Of a stretch of 32,000 nucleotides of DNA, positions 1 to 10,116 are shown in pieces (position 1 is the first letter of the stretch; every line of letters starts with the position of its first letter). The notes beneath the pieces were generated by a model. That model saw nothing but the letters and a program-made list of their open reading frames with translations. It ran no database searches and had not been told where the DNA came from. The stretch lies in assembly GCF_000011805.1 (NCBI RefSeq), contig NC_006841.2; one strand, 5' to 3'. Source of the DNA: Aliivibrio fischeri ES114 (lineage in GTDB: Bacteria > Pseudomonadota > Gammaproteobacteria > Enterobacterales > Vibrionaceae). Position numbers and translations under genes: made by a program.

Positions 1-323
1 ATATTTATACTGACAGTTTATTTTTACACGCTAGTACAAATGTACCATTAATGCTTCCTTCTTTAGTCGATAATTATCAAAAAATAAATACGACACGTAA
101 AAAGTCAGATTCTATTTTAACAAAAAGAGAAAAAGAATGCTTAGCGTGGGCGAGTGAAGGAAAAAGTACATGGGATATTTCAAAAATACTTGGCTGCAGT
201 GAGCGTACTGTCACTTTTCATTTAACCAATACTCAAATGAAACTCAATACAACTAACCGCTGCCAAAGTATTTCTAAAGCAATTTTAACTGGCGCCATTA
301 ATTGTCCATACCTTAAAAATTAA
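1..323 (+). CDS. luxR: LuxR-family quorum-sensing transcriptional activator, 3' fragment (5' end off-window)
   Basis: The reading frame is open from base 3 upstream of the listed ORF start: IYTDSLFLHASTNVPLMLPSLVDNYQKI...LTKREKECLAWASEGKSTWDISKILGCSERTVTFHLTNTQMKLNTTNRCQSISKAILTGAINCPYLKN. This closely resembles the C-terminal HTH half of Aliivibrio fischeri LuxR. The Met at 51 is internal. Confidence 0.9.
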   Translation, partial: IYTDSLFLHASTNVPLMLPSLVDNYQKINTTRKKSDSILTKREKECLAWASEGKSTWDISKILGCSERTVTFHLTNTQMKLNTTNRCQSISKAILTGAINCPYLKN

Positions 324-364
324 GTGTATGAATAAAACTTTATGCCTATAGACTTTATTTTTTG

Positions 365-1210
365 CTACTCTGTTTTCTGTGGAAAATTAATCTCATACAT
401 TTCCATAAAATCTTGGCGAATAAGTTGCTCTAAATGAGATGCTTTTTCTGTTGGGCAAAAGATCATGTAATGCACTTTTTGATCGCCCATTGAAGTAGTC
501 GTAATATGAATATGGGGCTCTGAACCTGGAAGGTCGACACCTGCGTGCTTCTCTATTACGCTGTTATAGCGTCGTGCTACTTCAATAAACTCTTCACAAT
601 GGACATCTATCTTTGCTAATAGATCCGGTAGCATTGGGTATAGATTCACGAACTCTTTAACGCAGATTGAGAAGTTATGATAAACATAGCGCTTCATGAA
701 ATTCAGGTTTTTCACTGGGTATGTAAAAAACATACTGTTTGGAAGCGTAGCTGTTTTCCCTGTGTAATCATATTGGCTATGGTGTAAATCAATCTCTTGG
801 ATAACCGTAGCCATCATGTTGTGCTCAATAACTTCACCGCACAAAGATCCTACTTCAATCCAATCTCCTATTCGAAATGAACGAGAACTTGCACGTTGAA
901 TCGAGCCAGTAAAACACAAAATAATTTCTTTCGATGCCACCACAATTGCAACGGCAATAGCAGTAACGGATAAAGCAAATTCATTAATCTCTGATTGCCA
1001 TAAAATAAATAACGTAATAACAATCACAGTAAACGAACCATTTTTGGTCCGAGAAATCCATTTACGTTGATCTTCAGTTAAAAAAGCAATATCACCACGA
1101 ATATGCTTTACCGCATAATGGCGTAATAAGAAGATGAAGCTAATAATCAACACACTAAAAATCATCTTATGTGTTAATAAAAAATCTATTACTAGTAACA
1201 GTCTATCCAC
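365..1210 (-). CDS. Small-conductance mechanosensitive channel (MscS-like) family membrane protein
   Basis: Three or four N-terminal TM segments followed by an MscS-like beta domain (RSFRIGDWIEVGSLCGEVIEH...TATLPNSMFFTYPVKNLN). Confidence 0.8.
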   Translation of the reverse strand: MDRLLLVIDFLLTHKMIFSVLIISFIFLLRHYAVKHIRGDIAFLTEDQRKWISRTKNGSFTVIVITLFILWQSEINEFALSVTAIAVAIVVASKEIILCFTGSIQRASSRSFRIGDWIEVGSLCGEVIEHNMMATVIQEIDLHHSQYDYTGKTATLPNSMFFTYPVKNLNFMKRYVYHNFSICVKEFVNLYPMLPDLLAKIDVHCEEFIEVARRYNSVIEKHAGVDLPGSEPHIHITTTSMGDQKVHYMIFCPTEKASHLEQLIRQDFMEMYEINFPQKTE

Positions 1211-1346
1211 GCTTACCTCTTCTACTTACTGCTTTATTACTCAACAACTAGCAGTAAATATCCCATAGGTAGACCATAATTTCATCCCCATCGATCAATT
1301 TACTCGAACTTGATTCACTTTATCATAATAATAATAATCCTTTTGA

Positions 1347-1541
1347 TTAAGAATGAGTCACTTCTGAATACTCACCTTCGATGATTCGTGCTTCTTTATC
1401 TTCATTTGATTTCATTTTACGGTTATGTGATTTCGACATAATAAAGCCAACAATACTTAATCCCACAGCAAAAAATAAGCTTGAAACCAAGACAAAAAAA
1501 CCAATGAATAAAGCAATAATAGTAGCTAATAACTGTTTCAT
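1347..1541 (-). CDS. Small membrane protein, unknown function
   Basis: 64 aa ORF with two hydrophobic segments and a charged C-terminus. No family recognised. Confidence 0.45.
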   Translation of the reverse strand: MKQLLATIIALFIGFFVLVSSLFFAVGLSIVGFIMSKSHNRKMKSNEDKEARIIEGEYSEVTHS

Positions 1542-1847
1542 ATTTTATCTCTCATTATGAATGAAATTTTATAATATCAAGCCAATTCTGAACACAAGAT
1601 GAACGATTAAATCATAACCTAAAATAATGATCTCAAATAAATAACAAACAAATCAATAATGAAACACCTCAACATAAAAATCTACATTTTCAGATGGATC
1701 ACAAAATATAAAACTATTTATACATTCTTTTATTTATAGAAATACTTTTTGATAATTATCAAGCCACCCAAAATCGATTCACGCAAAATACCCCTAAATG
1801 GTTAACCCAATACAATTTCTAATCTTTAAATTTTAAACGAGGTATTT

Positions 1848-2585
1848 ATGACTCAATCGGCTGATAAAGCACGTAAAGTCGGTATTGGCAGCTATGTGGC
1901 TCTGGCCTTTGCTGTTGTGTTCTTCTCTGGCTTTATGCAATCAAATGAATGGTATGGTGTTTTTGACTTTACAACACTAAATGGTTCATTTGGTAAAGTT
2001 GCGTATTCTGTTTCTGAAACAGCGGACGGCGTTCAAGCGGCAACCACTTCTCTACGTGGTAAAGGCGGTAGCGGTGCTCGTGACGGTTTCATTTTCGCAT
2101 TAACTCTGATCCCTACCGTTATGTTTGCATTAGGTATGATCAACGTACTTGAACATTACGGTGCACTTGATGCTGCTCGTAAACTGCTTACTCCACTTCT
2201 ACGTCCATTAATGGGTATTCCGGGTAACTCTGGTTTAGCATTAATTGCATCACTGCAAAGTACCGATGCGGGTGCTGCAATGACTCGTCAGCTAAAAGAC
2301 GAGAAACATCTAACCAAACGTGAAACCGACATTTTCACAATGTTCCAATTCACTGCGGGTGCTGCAATTGTAAACTTCTTCTCATCTGGTGCAGTGTTAT
2401 TCACACTAACTAACCCAGATGGATCTTTAGCGGTTCCATCATCTATTGGTCTAGCTGTTGTTGTTATGTTTGCTTTCAAATTTGTTGGCGCAAACTTATT
2501 CCGTATTTACCTAAATGTTACTGAAGGTAAAGAAGGACAAGATGATGACAAACAAGATAAAAAAATGACTGAGGAGACAGCATAA
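1848..2585 (+). CDS. yjiH: YjiH-like nucleoside-recognition (Gate) domain membrane protein
   Basis: Multi-TM protein with Gate-type motifs (GNSGLALIASLQSTDAGAAMTRQLKD). Overlaps the start of a YjiG-like ORF. Confidence 0.7.
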   Translation: MTQSADKARKVGIGSYVALAFAVVFFSGFMQSNEWYGVFDFTTLNGSFGKVAYSVSETADGVQAATTSLRGKGGSGARDGFIFALTLIPTVMFALGMINVLEHYGALDAARKLLTPLLRPLMGIPGNSGLALIASLQSTDAGAAMTRQLKDEKHLTKRETDIFTMFQFTAGAAIVNFFSSGAVLFTLTNPDGSLAVPSSIGLAVVVMFAFKFVGANLFRIYLNVTEGKEGQDDDKQDKKMTEETA

Positions 2586-3052
2586 TGAGCGACGTTAAAG
2601 CAAAAAAACCTATGGTTACCGATATCTTTGTTGAAGGCGCTAAAAAAGGTTGGGTTATTGCAACCACTTCAACGGTTCCTAACGTATTAATGGCATTTGT
2701 TATTATCAAAGCTCTTCAAATTACGGGCGCGCTTGATTTAATGGGTTCTATCTTCTCTCCTATTATGGCTATCTTTGGTCTTCCGGGTGAAGCTGCGGCA
2801 GTATTAATTGGTGCTTGGATGTCAATGGGTGGTGCAGTTGGTGTAGTTATTACTTTGTTTGACCAAGGCATCCTAAATGGTGCTCACATTGCGATTCTTG
2901 CACCGGCAATTTACTTAATGGGCTCACAAGTACAATACATGGGCCGTATCATGGGTCCTATCGGTACTGAAGGTCGCTACATTCCAGTAATGATTGCTAT
3001 CTCAGTATTAAACGCATTCGGTGCAATGTTTGTTATGAACATGATTCTATAA
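2585..3052 (+). CDS. yjiG: YjiG-like Gate-domain membrane protein
   Basis: 155 aa hydrophobic protein (FVEGAKKGWVIATTSTVPNVLMAFVIIKAL...LMGSQVQYMGRIMGPIGTEGRYIPVMI). Overlapping start with the upstream YjiH-like gene. Confidence 0.7.
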   Translation: MSDVKAKKPMVTDIFVEGAKKGWVIATTSTVPNVLMAFVIIKALQITGALDLMGSIFSPIMAIFGLPGEAAAVLIGAWMSMGGAVGVVITLFDQGILNGAHIAILAPAIYLMGSQVQYMGRIMGPIGTEGRYIPVMIAISVLNAFGAMFVMNMIL

Positions 3053-3061
3053 GGATTTCAG

Positions 3062-4186
3062 ATGAACTTTTCTCTAAACGATTATCTAGAAGAACTACGC
3101 CCTCTTATTGACGTAGATTGCGGTACGTATACCGTTGAAGGCATCGAAGTTATTGCTAATCAAATGGCTGCCAAATACGAAGCAATGAACGGCTGGTCTG
3201 TTAAGCGTATTGACTGTGGCAAAGCAGGCGTTGGCCTTGAAGTTCGCAACAAACCTGAAGCTGAACATATTGATGTGATGATGATTGGTCACATGGATAC
3301 GGTTTTCCCTGTAGGTACAGCTGCAGAGCGTCCAATGTCTTTGGATGCTGAAAAAGCGTATGGTCCAGGTGTTTCTGATATGAAATCAGGCCTATTAAAC
3401 GTGGTATATGCACTACGCAACCTAGACAAAGCAGTATTAGATAAACTCTCAATTTGTGTTTGCATGAACCCAGATGAAGAGACAGGATCATTAGATTCAG
3501 TTGACTGGATCCAAGAAACAGCGAAAAAAGCGAAAAACGTATTGGTTGCAGAAGCAGCTCGTGCAGATGGTGGCTTAGTTAAAGCTCGTAAAGGCATGGC
3601 TCGCTACAAAATGACCTTTAACGGTAAAGCCGCTCACGCTGGTAACGAACCAGAGAATGGCCGCAGTGCGATCACTGAAATGGCTAACTGGATCTTAGCG
3701 ACAAACGCGATGACTAACTTTGAATCAGGCACTACGTTAAACGTAGGCGTGGTTTCTGGTGGCGCGGGCGCAAACATCGTTCCTGATTTAGCGACGGCTA
3801 TCGTTGATGTTCGTTTCTGGGATAACGCAGAATATGACCAAGTAGATACTACTTTAAATGGCATGATTACAACGCCATTTGTGGATGGAGTATCGATTGA
3901 ACTGGTTCGTGAAGCGTATAAGCCTTCTATGGTGCCATCAGAGCAAACTGAAGCACTAATGGCGATGATTGAAGAATCAGCTCAAGAGCTAAACATTGAT
4001 ATCAACTGGAAAGAAGTGGGTGGCGGCTCTGATGCTAACAACACGGCAATCTTAGGTGTTCCAACATTAGATGGTCTAGGCCCTATCGGTGCAGGTTTCC
4101 ACAGCGCTGATGAATACTTACTGCTTGAGTCAATCGAACCACGCATTAAACTGCTAATGAGCGTATTAACGAAATTAGCTAAATAG
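3062..4186 (+). CDS. M20 family metallopeptidase (glutamate carboxypeptidase-like)
   Basis: M20 motifs: GHMDTVFPVGT, GPGVSDMKSG, NPDEETGS, GKAAHAG, GGGSDANN, GAGFHSADEY. Confidence 0.9.
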   Translation: MNFSLNDYLEELRPLIDVDCGTYTVEGIEVIANQMAAKYEAMNGWSVKRIDCGKAGVGLEVRNKPEAEHIDVMMIGHMDTVFPVGTAAERPMSLDAEKAYGPGVSDMKSGLLNVVYALRNLDKAVLDKLSICVCMNPDEETGSLDSVDWIQETAKKAKNVLVAEAARADGGLVKARKGMARYKMTFNGKAAHAGNEPENGRSAITEMANWILATNAMTNFESGTTLNVGVVSGGAGANIVPDLATAIVDVRFWDNAEYDQVDTTLNGMITTPFVDGVSIELVREAYKPSMVPSEQTEALMAMIEESAQELNIDINWKEVGGGSDANNTAILGVPTLDGLGPIGAGFHSADEYLLLESIEPRIKLLMSVLTKLAK

Positions 4187-4236
4187 TATTTGTGATATAA
4201 CGATAACAACGCTTTTAGCTAGGTAACAACATAAAA

Positions 4237-4264
4237 CAGCGAGCACTTGGCTCGCTGTTTTTTT
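4237..4264 (+). terminator. Rho-independent terminator downstream of the M20 peptidase gene
   Basis: Perfect 8-bp stem CAGCGAGC-ACTTG-GCTCGCTG followed by TTTTTTT. Confidence 0.85.
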
Positions 4265-4290
4265 ATCTTTTTTAATCAATACGTCTTTAA

Positions 4291-5076
4291 TTAATACGAC
4301 ACGGTTTTCATATATTGTTTGGGGGTAATACCAAACTGCTGATGAAAACGTTGACTAAAACGTGTTTCAGATTGATATCCACACTGTAATGCCAGATCTA
4401 ATTGGCTTTGCTTTCTCTCTTGCATTAAAGAAAGAGCATGACTCATTCTTACGTTCGCTAATACCGTTCTAAAATTGGTTCCATCTTGATTTAATCGACG
4501 GATCAACGTCGCTCGACTCATAGAGAAAGCATGTGATACTTCATCTAACTGATAATTTTCTGCGGGATCTTTGGAAAAATAAGCACTCAGTTTATTTTGC
4601 AAAGAATCATGGGACTCTGAGAATAAAACATGCAATGCACCAACTTCTACTAGCTGCTGATAAAAGGCAAATAAATGATGTTTTTGCACATTAGAGCTTA
4701 AATTCTGAGAACTCATCTCGATTAGCAAAGAAAAACCATACGCTAATGTTGAAGAAACCTTAATAGCGTTAAGATGTTCATGTCTACGTCGATTCTCTTT
4801 ACTCTCCTCGATCATTTCAGGCGTTGGCGGAAACAAAAAACAGATCTGAACCGAGTAAAAATGATCTTTTGCTGGTTTATTAATAAAACTCAGATCTTGG
4901 TTAGCCGCGGTTAGTAACCATAATTGAGCATCAATATCGTAATTTTCAGTACCTTGAATTACTCTTTTTATACCAGATTTTACCCAAATAATACTTGGAG
5001 CATAAATATGAACATTACGTAAATGTTGATCATTAACGCCTGAATAAGTTTGTACCTTAAGCAGTGTGTCACTCAT
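4291..5076 (-). CDS. AraC-family transcriptional regulator
   Basis: C-terminal double HTH: YQLDEVSHAFSMSRATLIRRLNQDGTNFRTVLANVRMSHALSLMQERKQSQLDLALQCGYQSETRFSQRFHQQFGITPKQYMK. Confidence 0.88.
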   Translation of the reverse strand: MSDTLLKVQTYSGVNDQHLRNVHIYAPSIIWVKSGIKRVIQGTENYDIDAQLWLLTAANQDLSFINKPAKDHFYSVQICFLFPPTPEMIEESKENRRRHEHLNAIKVSSTLAYGFSLLIEMSSQNLSSNVQKHHLFAFYQQLVEVGALHVLFSESHDSLQNKLSAYFSKDPAENYQLDEVSHAFSMSRATLIRRLNQDGTNFRTVLANVRMSHALSLMQERKQSQLDLALQCGYQSETRFSQRFHQQFGITPKQYMKTVSY

Positions 5077-5099
5077 TTTATGCTCCTAATTCTTATCAA

Positions 5100-5618
5100 T
5101 TAACGCACATACGTTGCTGTTAATACCGCTTTGTCTAACGCCATGCTATTTAAAGTATAACCAACTACTGCTGGTGAAATGTCTGCTGGTAAATCGATTT
5201 TCTCTTGTGGTAATGCCCACACTGTATATTGGTATCTGTGCATGCCATCACCTTCTGGAGGACAAGCACCACCGTAACTCATCGTACCGAAGTCATTCTT
5301 AGTTTGTAATGTATTTTTCATTGCCGAGCCTTGCTCAATGCTGTGTACATTTGCAGGAATATTTAGTGCTAACCAATGCCACCAACCACTGCCTGTAGGT
5401 GCATCTGGATCAAATACCGTAATGGCAAAACTTTTTGTTCCTTTTGGCGCATCTTTCCAACTTAATTGTGGAGAGATATTATCACCAGTACAGCCCATAC
5501 CTGAGAAGGTAAACTTGCTATTCATCAATTGACCTTCGTGTATATCTGAACTTGATACTTCAAAAGCGTGGCTAGAAAATGATGCAAGAGTAAGTAACAC
5601 TAATAATGCTTTGTTCAT
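5100..5618 (-). CDS. Secreted/periplasmic YbhB/YbcL-type (PEBP/Raf kinase inhibitor-like) protein
   Basis: Signal peptide MNKALLVLLTLASFSSHA; PEBP motifs (FSGMGCTGDNISPQLSWKDAPKGTKSFAITVFDPDAPTGSGWWHW; YGGACPPEGDGMHRYQYTVWAL). Start placed at 5618 rather than 5633 because AAGGAA lies just upstream of that ATG. Confidence 0.88.
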   Translation of the reverse strand: MNKALLVLLTLASFSSHAFEVSSSDIHEGQLMNSKFTFSGMGCTGDNISPQLSWKDAPKGTKSFAITVFDPDAPTGSGWWHWLALNIPANVHSIEQGSAMKNTLQTKNDFGTMSYGGACPPEGDGMHRYQYTVWALPQEKIDLPADISPAVVGYTLNSMALDKAVLTATYVR

Positions 5619-5757
5619 AATAATTTCCTTCACTGTTTATAGAGTGTTCTAATTAAGTACAGGAGCATTATTACGAATAAAACAAACCAAAAGACAACAT
5701 AAAGTATCAAATGATAATTAAATTAAACTTATTTTGATACTTTTAGCAAAAAAAACA

Positions 5758-6213
5758 TTAATTACGAAGCTCTAAGGTATACATCATAGTAGACGCCATT
5801 TCATCACCACCTTCTGGAGGCGCGACTACCCCAAACTTTGTATTTTCAAAGAAAAGATAAAAAGTGGTATCAGCAGTTAATCCATTTCCAAGTGGTAACC
5901 AACCTGATTGATGCTTTCCTGAAAGAGGAGGAAATGCAAACTCAAAATTCAACAACGCATTTTCAAAATCACCGTTTTGAGTTTCATCTTGCCAGTCTTG
6001 ATAAGAGGCTTGATCAATAATATAAGATTCAGACAACACATGATTAATGTCTTGTACTGAAATATTCACTTCTTGATTTGGTTTTAGTGTAAATTCTACA
6101 ACTTTGTAATCATTAGGGGAGATTAAAATTGAATCTATGTTATTTTCATCTTCTGTATCGCACCCAACCAACAGTCCTATAAGTGCAATAGGTAACACTT
6201 TCTTTATATTCAT
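5758..6213 (-). CDS. Putative lipoprotein, unknown function
   Basis: MNIKKVLPIALIGLLVGCDTEDENN carries a lipobox (LLVGC). Start probably at internal Met 6213 rather than 6231. Rest of the protein not recognised. Confidence 0.6.
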   Translation of the reverse strand: MNIKKVLPIALIGLLVGCDTEDENNIDSILISPNDYKVVEFTLKPNQEVNISVQDINHVLSESYIIDQASYQDWQDETQNGDFENALLNFEFAFPPLSGKHQSGWLPLGNGLTADTTFYLFFENTKFGVVAPPEGGDEMASTMMYTLELRN

Positions 6214-6448
6214 AAAATCAATCCAATGCATAAAAATAAGTTATATTAAGTATGGTATGTTTTTTCATAAAAAAAAGCCACTTAGGACTAACTAAATGGC
6301 TTTTGGCGCATACACTTTAGGAGCAATATGCTTTTGGGGATACGGTTATACTAGGCTAAAAAGAGCACATGAAAAAGTGAACACTTCACCCAGTATCCTT
6401 TCCCCTTTATACTAAGAACAATAATAGTATTTTACGCATAGGCACAAC

Positions 6449-6838
6449 ATGAAAAGCAGTGATATTTTACTTGGAAAACTCAATACTGAGTTTAAAACTG
6501 TATCAGCCATGATAGAGATTTACTGTAAAAAACACCACAATGCTACCCACCTATGTGAAGAGTGCCAGCAATTGATGGACTATGCAGAAGTACGATTAGA
6601 TCGTTGCCCCTATGGCGAGAATAAACCAACCTGCAATACCTGCCCGATTCATTGTTATAAGCCCGAACCAAAAGAACAAATGCGTCTTGTTATGCGCTTT
6701 TCAGGCCCAAGAATGCTACTGCATCACCCCATACTGGCGATTCGTCATCTATTATCAGAAAAGAGAACCGTTGTAGATAAACCACAACCTAATGCTTCAA
6801 ACCGTCATATTAGACTTAAGAATGGAAATAAAAAATGA
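6449..6838 (+). CDS. YgbA-like (nitrous oxide-stimulated promoter family) protein
   Basis: Cys-rich small protein (HLCEECQQLMDYAEVRLDRCPYGENKPTCNTCPIHCYKPEPKEQMRLVMRFSGPRMLLHHPILAIRHL) typical of this family. Confidence 0.8.
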   Translation: MKSSDILLGKLNTEFKTVSAMIEIYCKKHHNATHLCEECQQLMDYAEVRLDRCPYGENKPTCNTCPIHCYKPEPKEQMRLVMRFSGPRMLLHHPILAIRHLLSEKRTVVDKPQPNASNRHIRLKNGNKK

Positions 6839-7716
6839 ACTGGACATTAGATCAACTGAACGCTTTTGTAACCTCAGTAAAATGTGGTTCTTTTTCTGCT
6901 GCAGCACGTCAAATGGGGAAGGCGCAATCACGAATTAGTACCGCAATTTCCAATTTAGAGACAGATCTTGGATTTGAACTGTTTGATCGAAGTGCTCGTT
7001 TACCTGTTTTAACTCAAGATGGCAAAGATATGTTTGTAGAAGCTCAAGCTATTTTAGAGCAATGCGAACGACTACAAGCTCGAGCAGATACTGTTGCAAC
7101 CGGTGAAGAAATCGCACTCACTGTTGCATTAGATGAAGCAGTACCTATTGACGTATTTGAAGATTTCTTTCAAAAAATCTCGGCTAAATTCCCGCTATTA
7201 AAACTGACAATTATTAATGGCTCTCAGGCCGATATTGCACGATGGGTTGATGAAAAAAAAGCAGATCTTGGATTTTTATTTCGAGTTAATGTTCTGTCAG
7301 ATTCACTAGAATATTTATCCCTTGGCTTTTTTAATCAGGCATTAATTGTCTCGCCAGAACACCCTTTAGCTCAATTTGAAAAGCCAACGTTGATCCAGCT
7401 AAATCAATATCGACAATTGGTTATTCGAGATCGTGTAGGCCACTCTCAAGAAAAACCAATTTCGGCCAATCACTGGTATATCGACAGCTATTATTATATT
7501 ACCGCTCTGGTTATTCGCAGTGTTGGTTGGGCATTAGTTCCTGAACACATATTAGAATCAGGCTGGTATAAAAACCAAACTCAAAAACTATCTACAGATC
7601 ATATCCTTGATACATTACAAATTGAATGGGGAGTAGTAAAACGTAGAGACAGCGGTATGGGCAATGTTATGGAGTGGATGATAGATGAAATCGAACACAC
7701 ATTTAAAAAACAATAA
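6835..7716 (+). CDS. LysR-family transcriptional regulator
   Basis: N-terminal HTH MNWTLDQLNAFVTSVKCGSFSAAARQMGKAQSRISTAISNLETDLGFELFDRSARLPVLT. Overlaps the stop of the YgbA-like gene (ATGA). Confidence 0.9.
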   Translation: MNWTLDQLNAFVTSVKCGSFSAAARQMGKAQSRISTAISNLETDLGFELFDRSARLPVLTQDGKDMFVEAQAILEQCERLQARADTVATGEEIALTVALDEAVPIDVFEDFFQKISAKFPLLKLTIINGSQADIARWVDEKKADLGFLFRVNVLSDSLEYLSLGFFNQALIVSPEHPLAQFEKPTLIQLNQYRQLVIRDRVGHSQEKPISANHWYIDSYYYITALVIRSVGWALVPEHILESGWYKNQTQKLSTDHILDTLQIEWGVVKRRDSGMGNVMEWMIDEIEHTFKKQ

Positions 7717-7731
7717 GAAGATCATGGAACG

Positions 7732-8562
7732 ATGAAAGCACAACTTAAAACTCATTTATTAAATAACGAAACGGTTGATTTATATGAACTGTTTCATCAA
7801 TTACAACCTATTTCAATTTATGAAATAATTAATCAATTACATCAACTTAAGCATGAATTGGAATTAACCACCAAACTGAGTCCTTTGGTTTCTCAAATTG
7901 ATGGTCTATTACCAAGATTAAACGCTATTGATAATCCAAAAGATCAAATTGAATGGTTATGTACAGAAATTGATATTGCACAGCGAGGGCATAGTATGAG
8001 CCGGTATATTCATTTGGTTGATTCTCATAGTACTTTTACCCCTAAAGCTGATCTTGTTCTTTTTGGTGATTCAATTACCGAATGGGGACCATGGCAAGAT
8101 GTATTAACTCATATTCCTCATGTAAATCGTGGCATTGCGGGGGACACCACTTTTGGCATGTTGCGAAGAATTGAAACGGTTCTAGCAGTACAACCAAAAC
8201 TCATTACGATCATGGCTGGTATTAATGATTTGAGCCAAGGTTTTTCTGTTGATTCTGTCTTTGATAATTACACAAAAATCTTAGCTTATTGGCAACAAAA
8301 CAATTGTGAAATTCTAGTGCAAAGTACATTATTTTGTGGTCAAAAACTGGTTCATCTTAATGCTCAAGTTGCTGAGTTAAACGATCGTTTAGTTGCCTAC
8401 TGTCAGCAGCATCAAATCAATTATCTAGATGTAAATGCCGTTCTTTGTCCGAATCAATTCTTATCAAATGATTTTACATGTGACGACTTACATTTAAACG
8501 CTCTAGCCTATTCAACTTGGATTAACTTACTCCAACCTAAAATAGAAACGTTATTACCATAA
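7732..8562 (+). CDS. SGNH/GDSL-family hydrolase
   Basis: GDSITEWGPW, RGIAGDTTFGMLRR, MAGINDL, DDLHLN blocks of SGNH hydrolases. Confidence 0.85.
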   Translation: MKAQLKTHLLNNETVDLYELFHQLQPISIYEIINQLHQLKHELELTTKLSPLVSQIDGLLPRLNAIDNPKDQIEWLCTEIDIAQRGHSMSRYIHLVDSHSTFTPKADLVLFGDSITEWGPWQDVLTHIPHVNRGIAGDTTFGMLRRIETVLAVQPKLITIMAGINDLSQGFSVDSVFDNYTKILAYWQQNNCEILVQSTLFCGQKLVHLNAQVAELNDRLVAYCQQHQINYLDVNAVLCPNQFLSNDFTCDDLHLNALAYSTWINLLQPKIETLLP

Positions 8563-8565
8563 ATA

Positions 8566-8596
8566 AAAACGGCTCATCTATTAAATGAGCCGTTTA
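8566..8596. terminator. Bidirectional terminator between convergent genes
   Basis: Stem AACGGCTCAT / ATGAGCCGTT (8568-8577 and 8585-8594), A-rich on the left and T-rich on the right. Confidence 0.8.
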
Positions 8597-8617
8597 TTTA
8601 AATAAGACTTGAAAATC

Positions 8618-9271
8618 TTAGCGAGCTTTTAGTTCAGCTAAAACCTCAACCATAGAAGGTAAAATACGATGACCAAGTTCAATAACATCTTGGCTTGGTT
8701 GTACTAAATCAGGGATTTGGTAAGTGATCATTGTTGCGGTAACCGCCGCACGAGTTCCATTATTAGAATCTTCAAATGCTAAGCACGTTTCAGGAGCAAT
8801 ACCTAAACGTTCCGCTGCTAAAAAATAAATTTCTGGATGTGGCTTACTGTTCTCAACCTCACACCCCGTAGCAAGTACATCAAAATAACCATCAAGACCC
8901 GCTAATGCTAATTTCTTAATAGCGATATCATTTTGAGTTGATGTAGCAACAGCCATTGGGATCTTATTGGCTTTTAACCACTCTAACAGCTCAATAACGC
9001 CTTCTTTAACAGGAATAGCTTGATTCTGAACTATAGAAAAATAACGGATACGCCACGCTTTATTTAAAGCAGGGTAATCGATATCAGGACCATAGCCAGC
9101 ACGGAAAAGCTCTTCAATACGTTTAGCGTTACAGCCAATCCCCGACAGATAAACATCTTCAAGAAATGGAACATTCTCTGCTTCACATGCTTGTTGAAAC
9201 ACGGACATACACACTCTTTCTGTATCGAGAAGTAGTCCATCCATATCGAAAATTGCAGCTTTAAATGTCAT
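8618..9271 (-). CDS. HAD-superfamily hydrolase, beta-phosphoglucomutase-like
   Basis: FDMDGLLLDTE motif I, ATSTQ motif II, KPHPEIYFLAAERLG and FEDSNNG motifs. Confidence 0.88.
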   Translation of the reverse strand: MTFKAAIFDMDGLLLDTERVCMSVFQQACEAENVPFLEDVYLSGIGCNAKRIEELFRAGYGPDIDYPALNKAWRIRYFSIVQNQAIPVKEGVIELLEWLKANKIPMAVATSTQNDIAIKKLALAGLDGYFDVLATGCEVENSKPHPEIYFLAAERLGIAPETCLAFEDSNNGTRAAVTATMITYQIPDLVQPSQDVIELGHRILPSMVEVLAELKAR

Positions 9272-9424
9272 GAGAAACCTTACTGTATGAATAGCAAAAA
9301 AACGTTACGTATACCTATAACTCACTATACGTGGAGAATTGTCATAGTAAGCCAAAATGAGAGATGAAAAAAGTGAACTCTTAATTTAAAAGCACTTCCT
9401 CTTTAATTACAACCAACCGATAAA

Positions 9425-10039
9425 CTAGCTATAAAAAACCACTCGCATCGCTAATAAAATCAATACGACACCAGATAACCTGTCTATCCATTTCGCTTTA
9501 CTACGGAGTTTATCCACAATTCTAGAGGCAGATAATAAACAACTAATAATCGTATACCACAGCCCATCAACAACAATAGGTGTGATAACAATAATGGCTT
9601 TATCTAAAGGTTCATTACCTACTGCGACAAATTGACTAAACAAAGCTAAAAAGAACAACGCAATTTTAGGGTTTATAAGTGAGATAAGTAGCCCTTCTTT
9701 TGCTGACTCAACAATCGTAACTTGTTGTCCAGATTCAAGCTTTGCTGCAATTCCGCCAGTGGAACGCAAGGCACCGAGACCTAAATAAGCCAAATAAGCA
9801 GCACCTAAATAGCTGATCCCTTTAAATAGCACGGGTGACTGTTGTAACACTACCACTAAGCCAATCACAGTAATAAAAGCATAAAACCCAATACCAATTG
9901 AATGAGCCCAAGCGGCTGCTATACCATTAATTCGCTTACCTGATAAGGTATGTTTCGCTACTGTCGCTAAACTTGGTCCTGGAGACATTGCTCCCAACAA
10001 TGAAACCAAAAATAATGAAATCCAAATAGTTAATGTCAT
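9425..10039 (-). CDS. LysE/RhtB-family amino-acid exporter
   Basis: Multi-TM; GAMSPGPSLATVAKHTLSGKRINGIAAAWAHSIGIGFYAF and INPKIALFFLALFSQF motifs. Confidence 0.88.
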   Translation of the reverse strand: MTLTIWISLFLVSLLGAMSPGPSLATVAKHTLSGKRINGIAAAWAHSIGIGFYAFITVIGLVVVLQQSPVLFKGISYLGAAYLAYLGLGALRSTGGIAAKLESGQQVTIVESAKEGLLISLINPKIALFFLALFSQFVAVGNEPLDKAIIVITPIVVDGLWYTIISCLLSASRIVDKLRSKAKWIDRLSGVVLILLAMRVVFYS

Positions 10040-10116
10040 TTCGCCTTTAATTCCTCTTTACAACATTGTCTCATTCACAATAAAATCGCACATTCGGTTA
10101 AATAGACGAGTTTATA

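Noticed and set aside
2288-3864. Antisense ORFs opposite yjiH/yjiG and the M20 peptidase (2288-2479, 2518-2709, 3095-3292, 3289-3597, 3634-3864)
   Set aside because: They overlap confident coding regions, have no ribosome-binding or family evidence, and read as mirror ORFs.
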